Assembly (NCBI GenBank): GCA_964600255.1
Contig: CAZRIX010000003.1
Coordinates: 6,476-70,475, forward strand
Length of the DNA: 64,000 bases
Source of the DNA: an uncultured Candidatus Saccharibacteria bacterium
GTDB taxonomy: Bacteria; Patescibacteriota; Minisyncoccia; Phycocordibacterales; PALSA-1337
Reading direction: 5' to 3'
Positions 57,265 to 64,000 of this stretch are shown here, in pieces (within the stretch, counting starts at the first letter, position 1; every line of letters starts with the position of its first letter). Under the pieces are notes generated by a model. That model did not search any database. It was given only the letters and a program-made list of their open reading frames with translations, and was not told the DNA's origin. The position numbers and the translations under genes were made by a program.

Positions 57265-57942
57265 ATGTCACACTCAGTACACCCATTTTCACATAGACTA
57301 GGAGTTATACGCGATTGGAAGAGTCGCTGGATTGCTCGTGATAAGAATTACAGAAATGCTCTAAAGGCAGATCTACTTATCCGTAAGTTCCTTACAGACG
57401 AACTAAGATCTTTCTACCTATCTGATATTCAGATTGAGAGAAATCAAAAGGCTCTAAGAATCATCATCAGAAGTTCACGTCCTGGTATGATCATCGGAAG
57501 AAGTGGAGACGGTGTTACAAAGCTTCGCGACAAGATCCTAGCTATCCTTACAAAGAAGGGAATCAGTCTTGCAGGTCAAGAACTAAAGCTTGATATCGAA
57601 GAAGTAAGAACTCCAGAGGCTAATGCTGCTATCGTTGCTATGATGGTTGCTGAAGGTCTTGAGAAGCGTCTACCATTCAGACGTGTTCTAAAGCAGACTC
57701 TTGAGAAGGTATTAGCAAGTAAGGAGGTAAAGGGAGCAAAGATCAAGCTTTCAGGTCGTCTTGGAGGTGCTGAAATGGCACGCCGTGAAGATCTAAAGAA
57801 AGGTCAGATCCCTCTACAGACTCTACGTGCTGATATTGATTATGCTCGTGAGAAGGCCCACATGACTTATGGAGACATAGGTATAAAGGTTTGGATTTAT
57901 AAGGGCCAGATCTTCGAAAAGGATCTTAAAAATATAAAATAA
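57265..57942 (+). CDS. rpsC: 30S ribosomal protein S3.
   Basis: KH domain; 'GRLGGAEMAR'. Confidence 0.95.
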   Translation: MSHSVHPFSHRLGVIRDWKSRWIARDKNYRNALKADLLIRKFLTDELRSFYLSDIQIERNQKALRIIIRSSRPGMIIGRSGDGVTKLRDKILAILTKKGISLAGQELKLDIEEVRTPEANAAIVAMMVAEGLEKRLPFRRVLKQTLEKVLASKEVKGAKIKLSGRLGGAEMARREDLKKGQIPLQTLRADIDYAREKAHMTYGDIGIKVWIYKGQIFEKDLKNIK

Positions 57943-57946
57943 TACC

Positions 57947-58378
57947 ATGTTATTCCCTAAAAAAGTAAAATTCAGAAAGTGGCACACAGGCCGACAGAAC
58001 GCAAAGAAACTTGCGACTGCTGTTGATACACGCGGAGTTACTATCGCTTTCGGATCTTTTGGTCTAAAGGCTTTGAACTACGGAAGACTATCTTCAAATG
58101 AAATTGAAGCTGCTAGAAAGGCTATCGCAAAGTATGCCACAAAGTCAGGCAAGATCTGGACACGTGTTTTCCCAGACCGACCATTTACACAAAAGCCTCC
58201 AGAAGTTAAGCTAGGAAAGGGTAAGGGAGAACCTATGGGATTCGTAGCACCAGTTAAGGCAGGACGTATCCTCTTTGAAATTGACGGAGTTGATGATAAG
58301 GTAGCACAGGAGGCCCTACGATCTGCTGGTACTAAGATATCAGTTAAGACTAAGATCGTTAGTCGTAACATGATGTAA
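57947..58378 (+). CDS. rplP: 50S ribosomal protein L16.
   Basis: 'KFRKWHTGR', 'EIAARKAI'. Follows S3 in gene order. Confidence 0.9.
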   Translation: MLFPKKVKFRKWHTGRQNAKKLATAVDTRGVTIAFGSFGLKALNYGRLSSNEIEAARKAIAKYATKSGKIWTRVFPDRPFTQKPPEVKLGKGKGEPMGFVAPVKAGRILFEIDGVDDKVAQEALRSAGTKISVKTKIVSRNMM

Positions 58379-58384
58379 TAATAT

Positions 58385-58579
58385 TTGAATATGAAAGAAT
58401 TAAAGAATAAAAATGAAAAGGAACTACTAGCACTTATCGCAGATAAGAAGGCAGTTCTTCGTGATTTCAGATTCAACTCAACAGGTAGTAAGACAAAGAA
58501 TGTTAAGCTTGGTCAGACAACAAAGAAGGAGATTGCTCAAATCATGACAGAATTAAGTCTTAGAAAGAATACAAAATAA
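58385..58579 (+). CDS. rpmC: 50S ribosomal protein L29.
   Basis: 64 aa. 'MKELKNKNEKELLALIADKKAVLRDFRF'. Confidence 0.85.
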   Translation: MNMKELKNKNEKELLALIADKKAVLRDFRFNSTGSKTKNVKLGQTTKKEIAQIMTELSLRKNTK

Positions 58580-58580
58580 T

Positions 58581-58850
58581 ATGAAAAAAACAGTTGTACA
58601 AAAGAATATCGAAGTTAAGGACGTACAGAGAAAGACTCTTTCTGGTATAGTAGTTTCTGACAAGATGAAGGATACTATTGTTGTAAGAGTTGGACGTTTC
58701 CTTAAGGATCCAAAGTATGGAAAGTTCATCACTTCTCACAAGAAGTATAAAGTTCATGACGCTGGAAATACAAAGAAGATTGGAGACAAAGTGACGATCG
58801 AGTCATGCAGACCAATGTCAAAGGACAAGTCTTTCAGAGTAATAGCATAA
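58581..58850 (+). CDS. rpsQ: 30S ribosomal protein S17.
   Basis: 'LSGIVVSDKMKDTIVVRV', 'KYKVHD'. Confidence 0.9.
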   Translation: MKKTVVQKNIEVKDVQRKTLSGIVVSDKMKDTIVVRVGRFLKDPKYGKFITSHKKYKVHDAGNTKKIGDKVTIESCRPMSKDKSFRVIA

Positions 58851-58860
58851 ATATAAATAT

Positions 58861-59232
58861 ATGATTCAACCTCGCTCAATAGTAAATATAACAGATAACT
58901 GCGGTGCAAAGATTGGCCGTATCTTCAAGGTACTTGGAAGTTCAAAGAAGAGATACGCTGAGATCGGAGACCAGGTTATTCTATCTGTACAGAAAGCTGA
59001 ACCAAGAAAGGCAATCAAGAAGAAGGATGTTCTATTGGGAGTAGTTGTACGCCAGGTAAAGGCATATAGAAGACTAGACGGATCATATATTCGTTTTGAT
59101 GAGAATGCAGTTGTTATCCTTGAAAAGGGAAAGAAGGAGCCAATTGCAGGACGTATATTCGGTCCTATACCTCGTGAGCTAGCTGAAAAGGGATTCCAGA
59201 CTATTGCTTCAAAGGCACCAGAAATAGTATAG
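58861..59232 (+). CDS. rplN: 50S ribosomal protein L14.
   Basis: 'MIQPRSIVNITDNCGAK'. 123 aa. Confidence 0.95.
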   Translation: MIQPRSIVNITDNCGAKIGRIFKVLGSSKKRYAEIGDQVILSVQKAEPRKAIKKKDVLLGVVVRQVKAYRRLDGSYIRFDENAVVILEKGKKEPIAGRIFGPIPRELAEKGFQTIASKAPEIV

Positions 59233-59245
59233 TAATTTTAAATAT

Positions 59246-59464
59246 ATGATGATAAAAAAAGACGACAATGTAATAGTATTGACTGGAAAGGACAAGGGTA
59301 AGACTGGTAAGGTCATTAAGGCTATGCCAAAGCTTAACCGCGTAGTAGTTTCTGGAATCAATATGTTCAAGAAGAATCAGAAGTCACGCAAGCAGGGCCA
59401 GAAGGGTCAGGTTGTTGAAGTCAATGGTTCAATTGATGTATCTAACGTAGCCTTGAAGAAATAA
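59246..59464 (+). CDS. rplX: 50S ribosomal protein L24 (short, 72 aa).
   Basis: 'IKKDDNVIVLTGKDKGKTGKV' KOW motif. Confidence 0.85.
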   Translation: MMIKKDDNVIVLTGKDKGKTGKVIKAMPKLNRVVVSGINMFKKNQKSRKQGQKGQVVEVNGSIDVSNVALKK

Positions 59465-59481
59465 GCGAAAGAAATAATTTT

Positions 59482-60048
59482 ATGAAAAATACAAACACAG
59501 CAACAACTTCATTCGAACTAAACAAAGGTGCTTTTGCAGCTTTGAAGGGAAAGTTCGGCTACCAGAATCCAATGCAAGCTCCAAGTCTAAAGAAGATTGT
59601 CATCAGTACTGGAACAGGTTCAGTAAAGGACAAGAAGAAGATTGAGCTTATTGCAGATCGTCTTGCAAAGATTACAGGCCAGAAGCCAGCTCCACGTTCA
59701 AGTAAGAAGTCTATCGCTTCATTCAAAGTTCGCCAGGGAGATCTAGTAGGATATCAGATCACACTAAGAGGCAAGAGAATGTTTGATTTCGTAGACAAGC
59801 TTGTGCACATCGCTCTTCCAAGAACAAAGGACTTCCGTGGAATCTCAAAGACAGCAGTAGACCAAATGGGGAACTACACACTAGGTATCAAGGAACACAC
59901 AATCTTCCCTGAAACAGCTGACGAAGATCTAAAGGACGTTTTTGGTTTCGGAATGACATTTGTTACAACATCAAAGGAAAAAGCAGAGACACTAGCATTC
60001 CTAGAATATCTTGGATTCAAGTTCAAGAAGGATGAAGTAAAGAAATAA
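59482..60048 (+). CDS. rplE: 50S ribosomal protein L5.
   Basis: 188 aa. 'ITLRGKRMFDFVDKLV', 'RDFRGI', 'GFGMTFVTT'. Confidence 0.9.
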   Translation: MKNTNTATTSFELNKGAFAALKGKFGYQNPMQAPSLKKIVISTGTGSVKDKKKIELIADRLAKITGQKPAPRSSKKSIASFKVRQGDLVGYQITLRGKRMFDFVDKLVHIALPRTKDFRGISKTAVDQMGNYTLGIKEHTIFPETADEDLKDVFGFGMTFVTTSKEKAETLAFLEYLGFKFKKDEVKK

Positions 60049-60051
60049 ACA

Positions 60052-60078
60052 ACAGCCCCGCAAGGGGTTTTTGTTTTG
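60052..60078 (+). terminator. Intrinsic terminator inside the spc cluster, between rplE and rpsZ.
   Basis: CAGCCCCgcaaGGGGTTtttgtttt: GCAA tetraloop and T-run. Confidence 0.6.
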
Positions 60079-60099
60079 TATGATTAAATTACTAAACCC

Positions 60100-60128
60100 T
60101 TGCCTTATTTAACCCTTTCTGATAGTAT
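60100..60128 (+). promoter_or_regulatory. Candidate sigma70-type promoter TTGCCT-17-TAGTAT driving rpsZ and downstream genes, followed by a structured 125-nt leader.
   Basis: Read directly. It has the same -10 hexamer as the rpsS promoter candidate. The leader contains hairpins ggccaattaaggcc and gccctcgggc. Confidence 0.4.
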
Positions 60129-60255
60129 AACCACACGTTCGATAGACAAATAGAAAACGGCCAATTAAGGCCATTAGCGATTGGAAGCAAAAGCCCTCGG
60201 GCCTAGCTAACCAATCCTCATTTGTTTATTAGAAATGCATTTATTTAAATAAAAA

Positions 60256-60441
60256 ATGGCAAAGAAATCAACAATCGCAAGATCAAGCAAAGAACCGAAG
60301 TTCAAGTCGAGAGTCGTTCGACGTTGTTTCCGTTGTGGAAGAAAGAACGGATACATGAGAGACTTCGATCTTTGCCGTATTTGTTTCCGAGAGTTCGCAA
60401 ATGAAGGTGTTATTCCAGGTATAAAAAAATCATCATGGTAA
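60256..60441 (+). CDS. rpsZ: 30S ribosomal protein S14, type Z (zinc-binding).
   Basis: 61 aa with a CxxC...CxxC motif: 'CFRCGRKNGYMRDFDLCRIC'. Confidence 0.9.
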   Translation: MAKKSTIARSSKEPKFKSRVVRRCFRCGRKNGYMRDFDLCRICFREFANEGVIPGIKKSSW

Positions 60442-60827
60442 CAGACCCTATTTCAGATTTTATAACAAGAATTAAGAACGCTAGTAGTGCAGGTAAGGCT
60501 ACAGTTAGTATTCCATATTCAGCAATGAAGGAGAGAATTGCTCACGTTCTTCTAAAGGGAGGATACATTACAGATATTGCTGTAAACGGCAAGAAGATAG
60601 ACAAGACTCTAGAACTTACACTTGCTTATATGGGCAATGAACCAAGAGTTCATGGTATTGATCGTATTTCAAAGACTTCAAGAAGAATTTATCAGAAGTC
60701 AAAGGATATTCGTATGTTCAAGAGTGGATTCGGAAACATCATCCTTTCAACACCAAAGGGAGTACTTCTTGATGCAGATGCAAAGAAGCTAAAGGTCGGC
60801 GGAGAAGTCCTATTTAAGGTCTGGTAA
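60435..60827 (+). CDS. rpsH: 30S ribosomal protein S8.
   Basis: 'DPISDFITRIKNA', 'GYITD'. 130 aa. Confidence 0.9.
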   Translation: MVTDPISDFITRIKNASSAGKATVSIPYSAMKERIAHVLLKGGYITDIAVNGKKIDKTLELTLAYMGNEPRVHGIDRISKTSRRIYQKSKDIRMFKSGFGNIILSTPKGVLLDADAKKLKVGGEVLFKVW

Positions 60828-60859
60828 TTACTAATATCTTAAATATTTAAAACAAATTT

Positions 60860-61393
60860 ATGTCAAGAATTGCAAAGAAACCAATAGTAATACCAGAGAA
60901 AACAGAGGCCACTTTTGCCAATGGAGTTTTGACTGTTAAGGGTCCACTTGGAGAGATTTCAAAGAACCTAAACAATGTTATCGAAGTTAAAATCGAGAAC
61001 AAAGAGATTGCTCTTATTCCAAAGAATCAATCTCTAGATACTCTAGCTCTATGGGGAACATACGCTTCTCATATTAGAAACATGCTAGAAGGAGTAAACA
61101 AGGCATACGAGAAGAAGCTTATCGTTGAAGGTATCGGATTCAAGTCTGATGTTAAGGGTAAGGAACTTCATTTAGCTCTAGGATTCTCACATCCAGTTAT
61201 GAGAGTTATTCCAGATGGTCTAAAAGTTACAGCCGAGAAGAACATCATCACAGTTACAGGTATTGATGTTGAAAAGGTAGGACAATTCGTCGCACAGGTC
61301 CGCTCACTAAAGAAGCCTGAACCATACAAGGGTAAGGGAATCAGATATAGTGATGAGGTTATCAGACGTAAGCAAGGTAAGAAGTCTGTATAA
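60860..61393 (+). CDS. rplF: 50S ribosomal protein L6.
   Basis: 177 aa. 'SRIAKKPIVIP', 'VKGPLGE', 'PEPYKGKGIRY'. Confidence 0.9.
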   Translation: MSRIAKKPIVIPEKTEATFANGVLTVKGPLGEISKNLNNVIEVKIENKEIALIPKNQSLDTLALWGTYASHIRNMLEGVNKAYEKKLIVEGIGFKSDVKGKELHLALGFSHPVMRVIPDGLKVTAEKNIITVTGIDVEKVGQFVAQVRSLKKPEPYKGKGIRYSDEVIRRKQGKKSV

Positions 61394-61402
61394 TAAAAAT
61401 TT

Positions 61403-61753
61403 ATGAATACAAGCAAACAAAAACAATTAAAGATCGAGAGAAGACACAAGAGAATCCGCTCAACTTTGAGTGGTACTGCAGAGCGCCCACGCTTGTCAGT
61501 ATTCAAGTCTCACAAATATATCTCTGCTCAAATCATAGATGATACAAAGGGACACACTCTTGCAACTTTCTCATCAAAGGATGCTAAGTCAAAGACACCT
61601 GCTGAAAAGGCAAAGGAGGTTGGTATTGCAATCGCAAAGGCTGCAAAGGCTCTTAAGATTGATAAAGTAGTTTTCGATCGAGGAGGCTATTTGTACACAG
61701 GTAAAATTCAGTCCGTAGCTGATGGCGCTCGCGAGGGTGGACTAAATTTTTAA
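61403..61753 (+). CDS. rplR: 50S ribosomal protein L18.
   Basis: 'RHKRIRSTLSGTAERPRLSVFKS', 'YISAQIIDD', 'DRGGYLYTGKIQSVADGAREGGL'. Confidence 0.9.
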   Translation: MNTSKQKQLKIERRHKRIRSTLSGTAERPRLSVFKSHKYISAQIIDDTKGHTLATFSSKDAKSKTPAEKAKEVGIAIAKAAKALKIDKVVFDRGGYLYTGKIQSVADGAREGGLNF

Positions 61754-61764
61754 AATAAAATTAT

Positions 61765-62376
61765 ATGGAAATAGAAAACAAAACAATTTCACAGGATGCA
61801 GTAGTGGCCACAGGAGCTCCCGCTTCTTCAGCTGCTGCTAGACCATCTTTCAGAGATTCAAGACCACCTCGTGCAGGCGGAAGACGTCCACAGAGAGATA
61901 CAAAGGAGAGAGTAAAGCCAGAATTTGATACAAAGATCATCGCTATTCGTCGCGTAACTCGTGTTGCTTCAGGAGGACGAAGATTTACATTCTCAGTTGC
62001 AGTAGTTTCTGGAGACAGAAAGGGTAAGGTAGGAGTTGGACTTGGAAAGGCAGGAGATACTTCTCTAGCTATCGACAAGGCTACTCGTCATGCAAAGAAG
62101 AACATGATCAAGGTAAGACTTTCACCAGCTATGGTTATTCCTCACATGGTTGAAGCAAAGTTCTCAAGTGCAAGAGTTATGATTATGCCAGCAAAGGGAC
62201 GCGGAGTAGTTGCAGGAAGTGCTGTAAGAAACGTTATCGAACTTGCTGGAATCAAGGATGTTTGTGCAAAGCTTCTTTCAGGAAGTAAGAACAAGCTAAA
62301 CATTGCTCGTGCAACAATCGTGGCGCTTGAGAAATTATCAAAGCACCCTCGCACACTAAAGCAGGACAATAAATAA
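61765..62376 (+). CDS. rpsE: 30S ribosomal protein S5 with an N-terminal Arg/Ala/Pro-rich extension of about 50 aa.
   Basis: 'IRRVTRVASGGRRFTFSVAVVSGD', 'GVGLGKAGD', 'MPAKGRGVVAG'. 203 aa. Confidence 0.9.
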   Translation: MEIENKTISQDAVVATGAPASSAAARPSFRDSRPPRAGGRRPQRDTKERVKPEFDTKIIAIRRVTRVASGGRRFTFSVAVVSGDRKGKVGVGLGKAGDTSLAIDKATRHAKKNMIKVRLSPAMVIPHMVEAKFSSARVMIMPAKGRGVVAGSAVRNVIELAGIKDVCAKLLSGSKNKLNIARATIVALEKLSKHPRTLKQDNK

Positions 62377-62387
62377 TTATAAATACC

Positions 62388-62840
62388 ATGCAAATCAATA
62401 ATCTAATCCCAAAGACAAAGAATAAGAAGACAATGCTTGTTGGACGTGGAGGCAAGCGTGGTAAGACTTCTGGAAGAGGAGGTAAGGGACAGACAGCTCG
62501 TGCTGGTAATAAGAAGCGCCCAGAACTTCGTGACTTCATCAAGAGAATTCCTAAGCTACGCGGACGTGGAGTTAATCAAAACAAGAGTATTGAGACTCGT
62601 CCAACTATCGTAAACCTAGATGTTATAGAAGCTGTTTTTGAAAATGGTTCAGTCATTTCTCCAGCAACTCTTATCGAGAAGAATACTATCGCTACAATTG
62701 ATGGTAGAATACCTATGGTAAAGATCCTTGGAGCAGGTGATATAACAAAGAAATTTACAATTGAGAATTGTATAATCTCAAAGCAAGCTAAAGAAAAGGT
62801 AGAAAAAGCAGGCGGCTCAGTAAAAAGTTTAGTTAAGTAA
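62388..62840 (+). CDS. rplO: 50S ribosomal protein L15. It directly follows S5, with no rpmD (L30) gene in between.
   Basis: 'GRGGKRGKTSGRGGKGQTARAG', 'KILGAGDITKK'. Confidence 0.9.
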   Translation: MQINNLIPKTKNKKTMLVGRGGKRGKTSGRGGKGQTARAGNKKRPELRDFIKRIPKLRGRGVNQNKSIETRPTIVNLDVIEAVFENGSVISPATLIEKNTIATIDGRIPMVKILGAGDITKKFTIENCIISKQAKEKVEKAGGSVKSLVK

Positions 62841-62861
62841 TTTAATTAGATAATTAAATAT

Positions 62862-64000
62862 ATGAAAAATTTCCTCGAAAAAATAACAATAGTACTTCGG
62901 GACGCTACACTTCGTAAGAGAATAGTATTTACACTAGCTGCTCTTATAGTATTTCGTCTTCTTTCTACTATTCCAATACCCGGTATTGATGTCGCTAGTC
63001 TAGGCAGACTTTTGGCAGGTAATCAGCTACTAGGTCTTTTGGATGTTTTTTCTGGAGGAGGTGTTTCTAGGCTATCAATAGTAATGCTTGGAGTTGGTCC
63101 ATATATTACAGCTTCAATCATCGTGCAGTTGATGACTATGATGTTCCCAAGTATGAAAGCTTTGATGCAAGAAGAGGGAGAAGCAGGACGTTTGAAACTT
63201 TCTACATACTCAAGACTTCTGACTATACCTCTAGCTCTACTGCAAGCTTTTGCATTTATCTCACTTTTCCAAAGTCAGGGTGTAATACCAGAACTGACAG
63301 GACTTGTGCTTGTTGTTAATATTCTAGTTATCGCTGCAGGATCAATACTTCTAATGTGGATCGGAGAGTTGATATCAGAATTTGGTATTGGAAATGGAGT
63401 ATCACTCATCATTTTTGCAGGTATCGTTGCGGCTTTGCCACAGAGTGTGTCTCAGATTTTTGTGAAGCTTACAACAGAGGGAGCTTCTCAAATACCGTTC
63501 TACCTACTATTCCTAGTACTGTCTATAACAGTTATCATTGCGGTTGTTGTTGTTACTGAAGCAGAAAGATCAGTACCGGTCACATATGCAAAGCAGGTAA
63601 GAGGTAACAAAGTGTATGGAGGTGTTTCAACATATCTTCCTCTACGTTTGAACCAGTCTGGAGTTATTCCAATAATCTTTGCACTTTCAATCCTGCTATT
63701 CCCACAAATAGTAGCAAATTTCCTTTCAAAGTCTTCAGTTACATTCATCGCTGATGCAGCAACATCAGTTGCGGCTTTCATGGCAAACCCATGGGCATAT
63801 GCAACTATTTACTTCCTACTAGTATTTATCTTCACATACTTCTACACAGCAGTTACTTTCGATCCAAAGCAAATATCAGAGAATCTACAGAAGAGTGGGG
63901 CATTCATTCCTGGAGTTCGTCCTGGTGAGTCTACAATGGAATATCTTGGTAAAATCGTGACAAGAATAACTCTTGTAGGTGCTCTATTCCTAGGTATAAT
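62862..64000 (+). CDS. secY: Preprotein translocase subunit SecY. Partial: it runs off the window end and is absent from the ORF track because it has no in-window stop.
   Basis: Translation from the ATG at 62862 gives 'MKNFLEKITIVLRDATLRKRIVFTLAALIVFRL...GVGPYITASIIVQLM...'. Gene-order position is as expected. Confidence 0.8.
   Translation, partial: MKNFLEKITIVLRDATLRKRIVFTLAALIVFRLLSTIPIPGIDVASLGRLLAGNQLLGLLDVFSGGGVSRLSIVMLGVGPYITASIIVQLMTMMFPSMKALMQEEGEAGRLKLSTYSRLLTIPLALLQAFAFISLFQSQGVIPELTGLVLVVNILVIAAGSILLMWIGELISEFGIGNGVSLIIFAGIVAALPQSVSQIFVKLTTEGASQIPFYLLFLVLSITVIIAVVVVTEAERSVPVTYAKQVRGNKVYGGVSTYLPLRLNQSGVIPIIFALSILLFPQIVANFLSKSSVTFIADAATSVAAFMANPWAYATIYFLLVFIFTYFYTAVTFDPKQISENLQKSGAFIPGVRPGESTMEYLGKIVTRITLVGALFLGI

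Noticed and set aside
1-64000. CRISPR arrays, transposases, integrases and obvious toxin-antitoxin pairs.
   Set aside because: No regularly spaced short direct repeats, no DDE/serine/tyrosine recombinase motifs and no small adjacent TA-like ORF pairs were seen on either strand.

Overview
This is a low-GC, gene-dense bacterial chromosome segment with almost no biosynthetic genes. Its organisation matches a Candidate Phyla Radiation / Patescibacteria-type genome, though I cannot assign the lineage. The evidence: a compact S10/spc ribosomal-protein cluster (tuf-rpsJ-rplCDWB-rpsS-rplV-rpsC-rplP-rpmC-rpsQ-rplNXE-rpsZ-rpsH-rplFR-rpsE-rplO-secY) with no L30 gene, a Zn-type S14, and several r-proteins carrying extensions; a trigger factor lacking the PPIase domain; a type IV pilus module (pilB-pilC plus three pilin-like genes) fused to tpiA-pgk; a split ComEC; and lone housekeeping enzymes (cca, rny, clpP, nusA, hup, recJ, rnhA, sod, rsmE). 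I could read four tRNAs directly (Arg-TCG, Gly-GCC, Pro-TGG, Gly-TCC).

The non-housekeeping content that stands out:
- Two paralogous multi-TM sensor histidine kinases flank a lone PurD-family ATP-grasp ligase, and no response regulator is present anywhere in the window.
- Four secreted surface proteins (IPT/TIG, FN3 and a peptidoglycan-binding domain) are inserted between fusA and tuf. Three of them end in the same 'VFDW(F/L)I(S/G)LF' tail, and two of those tails are encoded by an identical 53-nt DNA repeat.
- A secreted protein carries a repeated Trp-rich 'GY/WxWSxNIGWI' motif.
- Three high-GC gene-sized patches sit in an otherwise AT-rich context and look horizontally acquired.
- A 300-nt structured non-coding region lies between rsmE and tig, with a 19-bp perfect inverted repeat enclosing 92 nt.
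- An MsbA-like ABC exporter sits inside the rpsL-rpsG-fusA operon.
- Two internal sigma70-like promoters plus an internal terminator lie inside the ribosomal-protein cluster.

I did not detect any CRISPR array or any clear transposase or integrase.
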